A stretch of 64,000 nucleotides of DNA. It comes from a virus. Below, in pieces: positions 18,803 to 29,022 of this stretch (the first letter of the stretch is position 1; each line of letters begins with the position of its first letter). The stretch lies in IMG/VR virus record IMGVR_UViG_3300025534_000004, positions 83,744 through 147,743 of that record; one strand, written 5' to 3'. Made by a program: the position numbers and the translations under genes. A model generated the notes under the pieces. It was not told where the DNA came from. It worked only from the letters and a program-made list of their open reading frames with translations, and ran no database searches.

Positions 18803-19695
18803 TGGAGCATGAGTGCCTCATCGTCATCGGGGACTGGGCGGGGATCGGGCATGGTCAGTCGGATATGTTCGTCTACCACGCCAATCGCCCGATTGACGAG
18901 CAGCGCCGCGCCTTTCTCGCAAGCACGGACCTGACCGGTCTTTGGCTCGCAAAAACGGACCGGGTCGGTTTTTGGCTCGATCATCTCTGTGGTACTCGGC
19001 AGCCCGACGACCCAAACGCGATCTGTACGGAACGCGGGGATGACTGGATCAATGCCTACCATATCGCGATCCTGCGCCGCTATGGCATGGATTGCAGTCG
19101 CCTCGGCAACAGCGACCCTTGTGGTTTTGCCCCGAAGCCGGTGGATTTCGCACATCTGATCCTTCGGTTCATCAGCCTGTCACTGCCGGATTTCGAGTGG
19201 TCCGAGCTACGGCACACCAACCTGCGGGAATGGTTGGAGAACCCCGGAAACAATGCCAGTACGCCATGGAGGGACCTCCCGCAGCGGGTCCTGAACGACG
19301 GCTGGAAGAACAGGAACCTCGACGGGATATTCGGCTACGGCATCTATGGTGGTGCCAGCAATGATGGCCTTGCCGACAAAAAGCAGCACGACGACAGCGT
19401 CGATTACGCGCGAAAGCTCGAAGCAGCGCGGATACGCCACTTTCGCCTGACCAAGAACGACGCGCGCACTCATGGCCGGATCGTCGAGGAGTTTCCCTTT
19501 GAGGCACGGGGCGTGAAAGTGCCGCCGAGCCATGAATCGGAAGCTTGGTGGTCATTCCTCGCACGGGTCCATGATTTCACGGAGGAAGCCGAGGGACGGG
19601 TGATGCTGGCAGGTGACCGCTTCTTTTTCGACAGCCTTCACGACTGCGTTTTGTTCAAACTGCGTTGGACGACATTCAACAATCCACACGAGTGA
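18802..19695 (+). CDS. hypothetical protein with C-terminal paralog-family motif
   Basis: FFDSLHDCVLFKLRW; TGATG coupling to ACP gene. Confidence 0.65.
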   Translation: MEHECLIVIGDWAGIGHGQSDMFVYHANRPIDEQRRAFLASTDLTGLWLAKTDRVGFWLDHLCGTRQPDDPNAICTERGDDWINAYHIAILRRYGMDCSRLGNSDPCGFAPKPVDFAHLILRFISLSLPDFEWSELRHTNLREWLENPGNNASTPWRDLPQRVLNDGWKNRNLDGIFGYGIYGGASNDGLADKKQHDDSVDYARKLEAARIRHFRLTKNDARTHGRIVEEFPFEARGVKVPPSHESEAWWSFLARVHDFTEEAEGRVMLAGDRFFFDSLHDCVLFKLRWTTFNNPHE

Positions 19696-19737
19696 ATTCC
19701 CCAAACACCATTAGCGATTTCAGAAGGACATTTGAGA

Positions 19738-20073
19738 ATGCAAGCTTTCAAGCGAGAAATCGCGTCGGCCTTTGCTGGCCTTGGCGTCGTCGGCGGCGCA
19801 GGCATCGCCGTCTTTCTCATCCTCCTCCTCCGGGCCGCCGTGCTCGCATGGGCATGGAACCATTTTGCAGTTGCCCTCGGCGCCGTCCCCATCGGCATGG
19901 CTATGGCATTTGGCATCATGCTGACACTTCGCCTGTTCTCCGGCTTCAATATCGGAAGCGAGGCATCCGTCAAAGCCAAGGGTTTAGTCGGCTTCGCCAT
20001 GCTGCTTTTCACCGAGGCCCTCCGGATGCTGCTGTTCTGGGGCATTCTCGTCGTCGTCTGGGCCTTCGTCTGA
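19738..20073 (+). CDS. membrane protein (about 3 TM)
   Basis: Hydrophobic helices. Confidence 0.7.
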   Translation: MQAFKREIASAFAGLGVVGGAGIAVFLILLLRAAVLAWAWNHFAVALGAVPIGMAMAFGIMLTLRLFSGFNIGSEASVKAKGLVGFAMLLFTEALRMLLFWGILVVVWAFV

Positions 20074-20123
20074 CGGCCGGGGCCGAGGGGCTCCGGCGCG
20101 CCCCTCGGCCACTAAATATCGTC

Positions 20124-21548
20124 ATGCGTGCCCTGCATTTTTCCGACCCCGCCCTCTCCCCGCAGGTCCTTTCGCTCATCGCGGAGGCCCAGTCCCTTCG
20201 CCTCGCTCTCGACGCCCTCCTGACCGAGCACCCGCAGGCCGGGCGCGCGGTCGTGGCGCATCTGCACGGGCGGCTTGACGAACTGGGGATCGGGCAGGCC
20301 ATCAAGGGCGCGGCCAAGGGCCTGTTCAAAAGTGCCTCCGCCGTCAACGCCAAGATCAACCAGCTTGGTGCGCTCCTACAGAACACCAAGCCGGTGCAGG
20401 ATTTCGACGCGCGCTTCGAGGCCCTGAAAGGGACGCTGGCCCGGAAGTTTCCGAGGCTTGCCGCGACGGTCGAGGGCTACGGGCGCTGGGCCAAGCAGCA
20501 CCCGCGCCTGCAAGCCTTCATCATCGGGATGCTGACAGCCTGCGCCAGCATCGCCGCCGGTCCGGCGGGCGGCGCCATCGTGGCGGCCATCATGCGGGGC
20601 GGCAACGAACTCATCAAGGGCTCGAAGCTCAGTACCGCCATCGGCAAGAGCGTGAAGGGTGCGGCCATCGGCTGGCTGGCGGGATACGGAATCAAGACCA
20701 TTGGTAACGCGCTCGCGGCGAACATGCTGCCGACGCCCGAGACCCTGCAAATGATCCAGCATTACCGCCTCTGGAACGTGCAGTACCGGTACACCGTCAA
20801 CGGCCAGACCCTTGTCAATATCGAGGGCATGGTCAACGGCGACATGCGCGAGAAGCTCAGGGCGGCGTGGAAGGCGTTCCATGCCGCCAAGAACGCGGCG
20901 GCGCAGGCGGCCTTCGAACATTCGGAGAACACGGACAGGCTGTACGCGCGGGCGGCCAAGGCGCTGGTGGATTTCCAGACATTGGCGGATCAGGCGTTCG
21001 ATCCGGCCGGGGAGACCCAGCGGATCGTCCAGAGCGAGATCGCCTCGAACCACCAGATGTACAACGACGTGGTGAACAACGCCGAACGCGCCAAGGACGG
21101 CATCCGGAAACTCGGCAGCTTCGTTGCCGCCACCTTGCAGGGCCGCCTTGCCGCCAAGGACACCGGCAACCAGCCCGCCCCGGCACAGCCGTCGCCGCAG
21201 GCGTCCGCTGTCCAGCCCGCCCCTCAGGCCGCCCCACAAGCCCCACAAGCCCCACAGGCCGCCCAAGCGGCGCAGCCACCTGTGCAGGATAATGCAGGCG
21301 CCGCGACCGGCAGGGTCTATCCGACCAACCCGAAGCTCTGGCAGCGGGCACTCGCGCTGGGCCAGCAGCAAAACCCGAATGACCGCCATGCGGCCGTGGA
21401 ATATGCCAAGAGCTACTACAAGAACCATGGCGGGCGGGTCGCACGTGGCCCGGCCCCGGCTGGCAATGCCGCCAAGCCCGGTGCTCCCCGTAGGGCCAAC
21501 CCACCACGCCGGGCTCCATCGCAACCCGCCTTTCGCCGCGCTTCATGA
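20124..21548 (+). CDS. late, putative internal/ejection protein
   Basis: TAAATA at 20113-20118; Gly/Ala hydrophobic hairpin; P/Q/A-rich linker. Confidence 0.65.
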   Translation: MRALHFSDPALSPQVLSLIAEAQSLRLALDALLTEHPQAGRAVVAHLHGRLDELGIGQAIKGAAKGLFKSASAVNAKINQLGALLQNTKPVQDFDARFEALKGTLARKFPRLAATVEGYGRWAKQHPRLQAFIIGMLTACASIAAGPAGGAIVAAIMRGGNELIKGSKLSTAIGKSVKGAAIGWLAGYGIKTIGNALAANMLPTPETLQMIQHYRLWNVQYRYTVNGQTLVNIEGMVNGDMREKLRAAWKAFHAAKNAAAQAAFEHSENTDRLYARAAKALVDFQTLADQAFDPAGETQRIVQSEIASNHQMYNDVVNNAERAKDGIRKLGSFVAATLQGRLAAKDTGNQPAPAQPSPQASAVQPAPQAAPQAPQAPQAAQAAQPPVQDNAGAATGRVYPTNPKLWQRALALGQQQNPNDRHAAVEYAKSYYKNHGGRVARGPAPAGNAAKPGAPRRANPPRRAPSQPAFRRAS

Positions 21549-21668
21549 GGCCGCCGCGACGCAGGTCGTCGCAGCAGGCGGTCGATTGCCGGATTTGGGC
21601 TGGCGCGCACCCGATAATTTGGTGTAAATACCCACATTATCTCAGTCCATTTTCAGAAGGCGATTTCA

Positions 21669-22238
21669 ATGCGGCTCGACGAGTTTTCCGGCGCTCCCAA
21701 ATTGCGGACGCTCTACGTCAAGCGCCCCCTCCTGAACGGTGAGCAGTTTCGCGCATGGGCGAAGTCCCAAGGCTTTACCTCCACCCTCCCCGCCGCCGAC
21801 CTGCACGTCACGATTGCGTACAGCAAGGAGCCGGTCGATTGGCGCAAGGTCAAGCCCCATGAGGACAAGCTCGTGGTCGAGGGTGGCGAGCGCCGGATCG
21901 AGGTGCTCGGTAAGGACGCGATCACCCTCGTGTTCGCGGAGCCGAGGTTGCACGCGCGGTGGGCCGAACTGATCGACGATGCCGGATGCTCGTGGGATTA
22001 TCCGGGATACAAGCCGCACGTCACGATCAGCTACGAGGGCAAGGGCATCAAGCCCTCGAAGCTCGACCCGTACACCGGCCCGCTGGTGTTCGGGCCGGAA
22101 ATCCTCAACGAGGTCGATGAGAACTGGTCCGACGATGTCGTCGAGGACCCGCTCACCGATGTCGAGACGCGTTCCTTGGCCGAGGCCATGCGCGCAATGC
22201 TGGGTAGCCTCCGGGCTCCCTTGGGAGGAAACCTCTGA
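21669..22238 (+). CDS. 2H phosphoesterase, Acb1/T4 gp57B-like (anti-CBASS candidate)
   Basis: Two HxT motifs LHVTIAYS and YKPHVTISY; TAAATA at 21625-21630. Confidence 0.8.
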   Translation: MRLDEFSGAPKLRTLYVKRPLLNGEQFRAWAKSQGFTSTLPAADLHVTIAYSKEPVDWRKVKPHEDKLVVEGGERRIEVLGKDAITLVFAEPRLHARWAELIDDAGCSWDYPGYKPHVTISYEGKGIKPSKLDPYTGPLVFGPEILNEVDENWSDDVVEDPLTDVETRSLAEAMRAMLGSLRAPLGGNL

Positions 22239-22413
22239 TGCGATGCCTCGCCACGGCCCTTCTGCTTCTCGCTCTGTCCGCGTGTGGGCAAACCATCGAT
22301 CCCGGCAGCATCAAGATCAGGGCGAATTTCGACAGCGAGAACGAGTTGATGAACGTCCTGCTTGGCGATGACGGTGTCGGTGTCCGGTTCCGCTTCGTCG
22401 CGTCGAGGTTCTG

Positions 22414-23051
22414 ATGCGGCGGCGCGAAATACTCCGCGAAGGAAAGTGGTGGGACGATAGCCCCACCATTACCCTGAATCACGGCACATCGAGTGCTCTC
22501 GTTCCAGCGATCCGCAAACACGGTTTACAGCCTCCATCTGCTCAGATGGAGGGCTACGTCCGCTCCATCCTCCGCGACTACCTTCCCGAGGAGCAGTGGC
22601 CTCCGGGCCTTCTGAATGCCGCCCTGCAAGCCGCGCTCGGATCAGCCATCCATAAGCGTCGGTCCACGCCAGATACGGGGCCGGTGCTCTATTTTTCACT
22701 GATTCCGACGCTACCGAGAGTTATGCCGCAGCCACTTGCCAGACCGGCGATGAGCTTGCCGGTGACGTGCTGACCGCTCTTGAACGCCACACTGGCCGTC
22801 ATTTCCTGCCGCGCTATGCCGGGGCCATGCCAGTAATCATCGAAGTGGAAATCCCCAAGGACTGGTGCATCTGGCGCCAGCCCATCGACCGTCTACGAGA
22901 TCGGATGTTCATAGTGTGGGATGAGCAAACCGCCGATGCACGCGAGTTCGACAACCGTGATGCATTCCTCGCCGATGTCATGTGGCGTGAGGAGGCCCGT
23001 GTCGCACGTCCGGTTCCGCCCGAGATGATCACTGCCATCTGCGAGGTCTGA
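22414..23051 (+). CDS. ADP-ribosyltransferase-like protein, split by 1-nt deletion in T-run near 22695
   Basis: LNHGTS..IRKHGL; restored frame YFFTDSDATESYA..VIIEVEIP..EEARV..VPPEMI. Confidence 0.55.
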
Positions 23052-23148
23052 ACGGCAAAATCTGGTGCCTCGCACGAGGATTATTGCGACCGGACTTCGC
23101 TCTATGCTACTCATTGGGTCATTTCAGAAGCCCATCTGAGGAAGTTCC

Positions 23149-23754
23149 GTGAGCCATCCCATTCAGGACACCATCGAATTCTCCGTCGGCGCCGAGAAGG
23201 TGCTGGTGAACGACACCGTCAAGATCGTCGCCCGGATCAACGCGCTGGTCGCGGGGGACACCTCCGAGGAGGCGCTGCGCGCCGATATCCGTGCGACGAT
23301 GAAGAAGTTCATCGACGCTGACTGGCAGTTCTCCAACATGCAGCGTGACGCCGACACCACGGGTTTCGAGCGTGTCGTGCTCACGGCCACCGCGCGGGTC
23401 AGCGAAAGGGAAAACTTCAATCTCGACAGCCGCGCGCGAGGCCAGCCGCAAGGGCTTGCAGATCGTCGGCGTGACCGTGGACACCTCCATTCCGGCCGCC
23501 CAGATCGAAGCTGCCGAGCGCGAACTGCGCGCCGACATCCTCCGCAAGGTGATGGAGGAATTGAAGTTCATCAATTCCACCCAGTTTTGCCCTTCCGCAT
23601 TGCAAGGATCAACTATGGCGCCGCGATGAACCAGAGCGTCGCCAGCACCCTCAAGATCGGCGCCCAGAGCTTGGAGGCTGCCGCCGCCAAGGCGAGCACC
23701 TATGGCATCGGCTTCGGCATGGGGATGATACCCTCGGAAATGCTTCGAAGCTGA
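23149..23754 (+). CDS. SIMPL/DUF541-like protein with two compensating frameshifts
   Basis: Coding-like frame switches near 23435 and 23590. Confidence 0.45.
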   Translation: MSHPIQDTIEFSVGAEKVLVNDTVKIVARINALVAGDTSEEALRADIRATMKKFIDADWQFSNMQRDADTTGFERVVLTATARVSERENFNLDSRARGQPQGLADRRRDRGHLHSGRPDRSCRARTARRHPPQGDGGIEVHQFHPVLPFRIARINYGAAMNQSVASTLKIGAQSLEAAAAKASTYGIGFGMGMIPSEMLRS

Positions 23755-23900
23755 CGATGCAGGCGCAGGTTGTGCTTGCACGGCTTGCGAACGGGTAAGC
23801 CTTCATCTGCCAACCGATAGCATGACGATGCACTGCGGCGGAGCGCATGGGCGAAGTCCCCGCATCCCGCCGCTGGTGCCCCCGGCAAGGAGGAACCGCC

Positions 23901-24134
23901 ATGGCGAGGATCGAGATCAACCGCATCAGCGGCGGCGAAGAATGCGAGGACTGCGGCTACTACGAATGGACCACCGTCACTCTCCGGATCGACGGCGTGG
24001 AGGTCGGCAGATGGTCCGGCGACACGCATTTCAGCGGCGGATACCACGAGCTTGATGGTGACCAGTTCCTCAAGAAGGTGCTTGAGATGCTCGGCCACGA
24101 GGTCGAGTTGAACTGCGAGGTTGACGAGGAATGA
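23901..24134 (+). CDS. hypothetical protein (CxxC)
   Basis: AAGGAGG RBS; CEDCG. Confidence 0.65.
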   Translation: MARIEINRISGGEECEDCGYYEWTTVTLRIDGVEVGRWSGDTHFSGGYHELDGDQFLKKVLEMLGHEVELNCEVDEE

Positions 24135-24297
24135 CGCGCCATCCCGGCAATGCCTGCATGTGGTCCTAGGCGAATAGCCTCAACGATGGCGGCCGACCCT
24201 TGGAGGAGCCGCAGGAGAATATCGACGCGGCATTCCGCGATCCGCTAGACTACCACTGATTTCAGAATTTCGCTTATTTCAGAACGGCATTTTGAGA

Positions 24298-24834
24298 ATG
24301 ATCATCACCGAGGACGGTTTCATTGAAATCGACATAACGCCCGAGATGACCGCACGAGCCAAGGCCAAGGCGGACGATTTGGGCGAGCTTCGCAACTCCA
24401 TACGGCGCGGCAAGGGGAATCTTGCGGGCTTTCTCGGTGAGGAGGTCGTACTGGCGGCGTGGGGTGGGTCCATCTCGCACAACACCTACCAGCACGACAT
24501 CGAGTTCGAAGGCACAACCTTCGAGGTCAAGACCAAGGACCGCACCGTCCCGCCCAGCATCCGGTACGAGGCTTCTGTTGCCAACTACAACCCGAATCAG
24601 CGGGCGGATTTCTACGTGTTCGTCTCGCTGCTGCGGCGCAAGCCGGACAATGCCTATGTGAAGGGTTATGTCCTCGGCATCATCAGCAAGGACGACTATT
24701 TCAGGCAGGCGACTTTCCTGCGCGTTGGCGATATCGACCCGTCGAATGGCTGGGTGGTGAGCGCGGATTGCTACAACCTGCCCTACTCGGCGCTGACGCG
24801 CTTCGAGACGTGGCGTGAACCGGTGGCGGCCTGA
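24298..24834 (+). CDS. PD-(D/E)xK nuclease-like protein
   Basis: GFLGEEVV..HDIEF..FEVKTK. Confidence 0.6.
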   Translation: MIITEDGFIEIDITPEMTARAKAKADDLGELRNSIRRGKGNLAGFLGEEVVLAAWGGSISHNTYQHDIEFEGTTFEVKTKDRTVPPSIRYEASVANYNPNQRADFYVFVSLLRRKPDNAYVKGYVLGIISKDDYFRQATFLRVGDIDPSNGWVVSADCYNLPYSALTRFETWREPVAA

Positions 24835-25223
24835 TGCCTGATCTGCTGCGGGTCAGCGGTCCCGCACTGGAATATCCGTTCGGCAAGAGCGATTTGCCAT
24901 TCTGGGCGGATTTGGCGTGGCGGATCAACAACCATGTAGGCTTCCGATTCAAAGAGGTCATGGAGTGCGATATCGCCGGGATAAGCGTGTCCCTGCGCTG
25001 CGATCCGCCCTCCACCGCCGCGTCGATATTCATCCTCCATCTCCGGGGCGGAGACCGGTGGATCACCTACTCGCACGAGGATACGTGGGATGCGCCCCGC
25101 AGGATGTGGCTGTCCAGCTACCGGGCCGAAGCCTCCTCCGAGGAGGATGCGAAAATCCTGCTTGCTGTGATGGCCCTCGCCCTGCCGCCTCCCACCGTCT
25201 TGGCTCAAACGGAGACCACGTAG
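24834..25223 (+). CDS. hypothetical protein
   Basis: TGATG coupling. Confidence 0.55.
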   Translation: MPDLLRVSGPALEYPFGKSDLPFWADLAWRINNHVGFRFKEVMECDIAGISVSLRCDPPSTAASIFILHLRGGDRWITYSHEDTWDAPRRMWLSSYRAEASSEEDAKILLAVMALALPPPTVLAQTETT

Positions 25224-26218
25224 GTGCGTGTCTTGGGAACCTCGCCGCGCGAGCCGCGCACGAAGGGGCTCCACCAGTAGAGCCCGGTCTTGCGCAGCTT
25301 GAAGTGTCCCCGAACGAGGTGCGCGTGCAGGTCCGCCGAGCCTCCTCCACCGCCCTCTCCCAGCCGGTTGCGCTGGACCTTCGAGAGGTTGAGCCTGATC
25401 TCCCGGTGGTCCAGCAGGGGCGGCTTCTTCTGCTTGGCGCGGGCCTTGTTCAGCTTCTCGTAGGAGACCGATGGCCCGTACTGGATGACGTTGCGGCTGT
25501 TCAGCGTGGTCAGCAACCCGAGCGCGAACTGAAACTCGGCCAGCAGGTCGTGCCTCGCCAAGTCGATCAAGTTCTCAAGCTTGGGCGTTCGCCCCAGCGT
25601 GCGTTCGAGGTCCTCCCATGTCGGCATGAGGTAGGGCGGCACCTCGTGCTTGACGCGGGCCTCCATCTGGATGGCAGCTTCCAACTCGGCCGGGTCCTTC
25701 GCCCATGGCGGCGGCGCCCTCTCCAACTCCGCCAGAACCCGCGCGCGGTCCTCCTCCGAGGGTGGCCCCGCCTCGCCCGTATTGATCCGGAAGGTCAGGT
25801 GGCAGATCGACACCGAACCGTCATGATGGGACCATGCCGGGTGGATCAGGATGTCCCTGCCCTCCTTGTCGAGGGCTTCCATGTAAAGGCCGAGCCGGGA
25901 GGGCGGCTCCGTGTCCTCCCGTGTCACCAGCCTGACCCCTCGGGCGCGCATCGAGGTCAGCCAGTCGGTCCGATCCTTGAAGGCAAACTCGACCCACAGG
26001 GTCGGGAATGGCAGGCGGCAGATATCGAGGGCCGCGAGGAAGCGGCTTGGCTTTGATTCGCCGATGTCATGCACCAGCATGACCGCATCCCGGTTCAATA
26101 CGAACCGGTTGGATGTGGCGATCCGGCGGCCGAGCGCACGGTAGCTCTCCCGCATCCCCGGCAGGAGAAGCGCCGAGGCGGGCTCGTCGGGGAAGGCGAT
26201 GATCGTGTCAGCCAGCAT
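25205..26218 (-). CDS. conserved phage protein (HxVRGH motif)
   Basis: RLPFPTLWVEF; AHLVRGHFK..WWSPFVRG. Confidence 0.7.
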   Translation of the reverse strand: MLADTIIAFPDEPASALLLPGMRESYRALGRRIATSNRFVLNRDAVMLVHDIGESKPSRFLAALDICRLPFPTLWVEFAFKDRTDWLTSMRARGVRLVTREDTEPPSRLGLYMEALDKEGRDILIHPAWSHHDGSVSICHLTFRINTGEAGPPSEEDRARVLAELERAPPPWAKDPAELEAAIQMEARVKHEVPPYLMPTWEDLERTLGRTPKLENLIDLARHDLLAEFQFALGLLTTLNSRNVIQYGPSVSYEKLNKARAKQKKPPLLDHREIRLNLSKVQRNRLGEGGGGGSADLHAHLVRGHFKLRKTGLYWWSPFVRGSRGEVPKTRTYVVSV

Positions 26219-26275
26219 GGGGTCGGGGCAGCCTTTGCCGCAGGCTACCCCGACACACCGTTTCGTCAACCGACC

Positions 26276-27028
26276 TCAGAGGCGGGATTCCGCAATCCCG
26301 GCGGCAAAGACGACCCGATCCACACCGATGGCGATTTCCAGCACCAGCACGTCGGTCTCGATCCATTCCTTTTTCTTGTTCTGGAAGCGATTCTTCACCG
26401 GAAAGTCCTTGCGCTTGCTGATGGAGCAGACCTCCATCCAGCGGTCGCCGGTATCGACCTCGATGTCCATGGTCCTGAGGCTGTAGTCCGGCAGCCGGTC
26501 GGAGGGCACGATGCGGGTCGGCAGGCCGGTGGCGGTGGCGATCATCCGGCGCACCGGCTCAAGGGACTTCTCCTGATAGTCGTTCGCCGTGTCCGCGCTA
26601 TAGGCGCACTGGAATTCCTGCTGATAGAACTCCTTGAGCCGCATATGCGAGAGGACCTTGTCCTGCTCGACGCGGAAGCTCTTGCCGACCTGCCAGCAGC
26701 AATAGGGCAGCCGCACGCCGTCGTGGGAGGCCAGCCGATGCGTCATCCACGCATAGGTGGACGGCGTCGTCTCCGGCCGCGCGACCAGCACCGGCTCGTT
26801 CTCGTCGTGCCGCACGAAGGTCCAGAGGTCCTCCGGCGCGTAGTTGGGGTTCACCAGCGCCATCGGGAGCATCATGGGTGCCTCGACGCGCTCGATCTCC
26901 CACGCGCGGTTCTGGCCGCGCAAGAAGGCGGCAACCTCGTCAGCGAAAAACGTCACGACGCGTTCGCGGGCCTTGATCTCGCGCTCGGACCAATGCACCA
27001 GCCCGTTGATGTTGTAGAGGGGACGCAT
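26276..27028 (-). CDS. class II aminoacyl-tRNA synthetase catalytic domain (GlyRS-like), no anticodon-binding domain
   Basis: ARPETT, QVGKSFRVE..RLKEFYQQEFQ (motif 2), LEIAIGVDRV (motif 3) at C-terminus. Confidence 0.8.
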   Translation of the reverse strand: MRPLYNINGLVHWSEREIKARERVVTFFADEVAAFLRGQNRAWEIERVEAPMMLPMALVNPNYAPEDLWTFVRHDENEPVLVARPETTPSTYAWMTHRLASHDGVRLPYCCWQVGKSFRVEQDKVLSHMRLKEFYQQEFQCAYSADTANDYQEKSLEPVRRMIATATGLPTRIVPSDRLPDYSLRTMDIEVDTGDRWMEVCSISKRKDFPVKNRFQNKKKEWIETDVLVLEIAIGVDRVVFAAGIAESRL

Positions 27029-27061
27029 TGCAAATGGCCTTCTGAAAGGACAGGGTGTGAA

Positions 27062-27304
27062 TTAAGGGTTCTGCGGGGTGAACAGGCGCTTTGCCGTGTC
27101 GTAGAGCGCGTCGGCAGCGCGGTTGAACTCCTCCTGCTCCTCCGCGACATAATCGGCCGTGGAATACTGCCCGGTGTAGCCGGAGGCGTTCTTGCGGGCA
27201 TCGGTCAGCTTCGCCTCGGCCGCCAGCGCCGCCGCGAGGGCCTCGAAGAACTCAAGGGCCTCGGGCTTGGCGGGCGTCACATCAGATGCGTTCAGGATCG
27301 TCAT
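27062..27304 (-). CDS. hypothetical protein
   Basis: ATGA overlap; GAGG RBS. Confidence 0.6.
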   Translation of the reverse strand: MTILNASDVTPAKPEALEFFEALAAALAAEAKLTDARKNASGYTGQYSTADYVAEEQEEFNRAADALYDTAKRLFTPQNP

Positions 27305-28170
27305 ACGTCCTCTGTGAGTTCGATGGTGGTGATCGGCTGGCCCATGAGCAGCATTCCGCTGACCGGCGGCTCCACGCGGGTCAGCGACATGGGATCGGCC
27401 ACCAGCGCCGCGTAAAGCTCGTCCAAGAGGCGACCGAGGACATTCCGGCCACGCAGCAGGCCCGCGCCGCATGGCATGGCGCCCCAGAAATCGTCCTTGA
27501 AGCTCTGCTCCACGATGGGCCGCCCGCCCGTGGCGAGGAGCACATCGCCGAAGCTGACGAAGTTCTGGATCAGCTTGACGCGGAGCACCCATGCCATCAG
27601 GGGCACCCGGACCTCCATCCAGTCCGGACGGCTGCGCTCCTCCCGGAAGGGCGCACAAACCGCCTTGGCGGCCATGGGACTGGCCTGCGCGATGATCTTC
27701 TCCTGCATCTCCGGCCAGTGCGGGAAGCGCATGGCCTGATACAGGGCCTCGGAGGTGCGGATGGCGATGCCGTTCACCAGCAGCGGGAACCCGGCCGCCA
27801 TGTTGGAACAGCCGCCATTCGCATCCCGCGTCTTGCAGAACACCGCGCAGTCGGCCACCCGGTAGGTCCGGACCGGGTAGACCTCCTCCGGTCGCCGGGC
27901 GGGCACGGACGCCGGTTCGAGATGGCTCACCGGGACGAAGCGATAGACATGGTTCACCTCGTCATCCGTCACCACCTCCGGAATGTCGTAGCCAAAGTCC
28001 GCCGCCTTGAAGCGGACCGCGACCTTCCCCGGAGGGGGCTCGTATCTGTCGGTGACCACGCCGATGGTGCCGACCGACAACGGCAGCGCGCAGGCTTCGA
28101 ACCGGTCGGTGCTGACCGCCGAGATACGCACGGGATCACCGGCCCTGAAAACCGGAGGCTGGGCGTCCAT
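27301..28170 (-). CDS. NADAR/YbiA-family protein with N-terminal extra domain
   Basis: TSEALYQAMRF, SPMAAK, RPDW, LLATG.RPIVE, DFWG, GRNVLGRLL. Confidence 0.88.
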   Translation of the reverse strand: MDAQPPVFRAGDPVRISAVSTDRFEACALPLSVGTIGVVTDRYEPPPGKVAVRFKAADFGYDIPEVVTDDEVNHVYRFVPVSHLEPASVPARRPEEVYPVRTYRVADCAVFCKTRDANGGCSNMAAGFPLLVNGIAIRTSEALYQAMRFPHWPEMQEKIIAQASPMAAKAVCAPFREERSRPDWMEVRVPLMAWVLRVKLIQNFVSFGDVLLATGGRPIVEQSFKDDFWGAMPCGAGLLRGRNVLGRLLDELYAALVADPMSLTRVEPPVSGMLLMGQPITTIELTEDV

Positions 28171-28171
28171 C

Positions 28172-28693
28172 TCAGAGTCCATCCCGGAAACGGGCCGCCA
28201 GCACCTTGCGGGCGGGATGGCCGTCGTCGAGGGTCTTGGACCAGTCGCGCAGCCGGGCCTTGCCAATCCGGGCGTCGGCCGCACGCAGGATGTCCGTGAA
28301 CTCCCAGTAGTCGTCCTTGAACGGCTCCATGAGCCGGTCGCGCGGCCGGTCGAGGTAGTCACGCAGCAGCAGGGAGATGATATGCGAGGGCTGATGCCGC
28401 CACCCCGGTATGGCCGGGATCGGCTTGCTGGCCTCGTCCCGATAGACGTAGAGGTCCTCGAAGGTGTGGATATACGCGCCGCGAGCCGGGTTGGGCACCA
28501 TGAAGGGACCGGGGAAGTCGAAGATCACCTCCCCGTCCAGCAGAAACCAGTGGCGGGGCAACTGGTAACTGTCGTGGTCCGTCCGATGGGTGTAGGCGTT
28601 GGCGTGGATCGCCAGCGGCAGGCCGGGCACCCAGAGCGCCTCGATACGCGCCTTGAGCTTCGACCACGGCTTCGGTCTATGGGTCCAGCCCAT
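28172..28693 (-). CDS. hypothetical protein
   Basis: WSKLKARIE..ADARIGKARL. Confidence 0.65.
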   Translation of the reverse strand: MGWTHRPKPWSKLKARIEALWVPGLPLAIHANAYTHRTDHDSYQLPRHWFLLDGEVIFDFPGPFMVPNPARGAYIHTFEDLYVYRDEASKPIPAIPGWRHQPSHIISLLLRDYLDRPRDRLMEPFKDDYWEFTDILRAADARIGKARLRDWSKTLDDGHPARKVLAARFRDGL

Positions 28694-28700
28694 CAGACAT

Positions 28701-28970
28701 TCACCACGAGATATTGCGCGCAGCGGCCCCGAGGGCGTTCCACATCGCCACGACGCCGATTCGCTGAATGTTGGCCTGCATGTGCAGAAAAGAGTAACGG
28801 CTGTGATCGCCGGACTTCTTGGCCGCGATGAGGGCGGCCTTCTCCTCGGCGCATATCCGCGTCAGGCCGCCCCGCAACTCGTCCAGCACGCCGTTCAGGG
28901 CCTCCCGGCGGATGGCGACCTCGCTGGCGTCATTCCATTCGAGGATCGCCGCATAGTCGGGGGTACTCAT
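28701..28970 (-). CDS. hypothetical protein
   Basis: AAGGGA RBS. Confidence 0.55.
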   Translation of the reverse strand: MSTPDYAAILEWNDASEVAIRREALNGVLDELRGGLTRICAEEKAALIAAKKSGDHSRYSFLHMQANIQRIGVVAMWNALGAAARNISW

Positions 28971-29022
28971 ATCAGTTCCCTTCAAATGCCCGCAGGCGGC
29001 CACTCGGCGCAGCGGGTTCTCC

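Noticed and set aside
22690-23600. Programmed frameshifting in the ART-like and SIMPL-like genes
   Set aside because: Shifts fall in a T-run, a CG repeat and near a short T-run, with no clear stimulatory structure. Assembly indels or decay are more likely; reads are needed.
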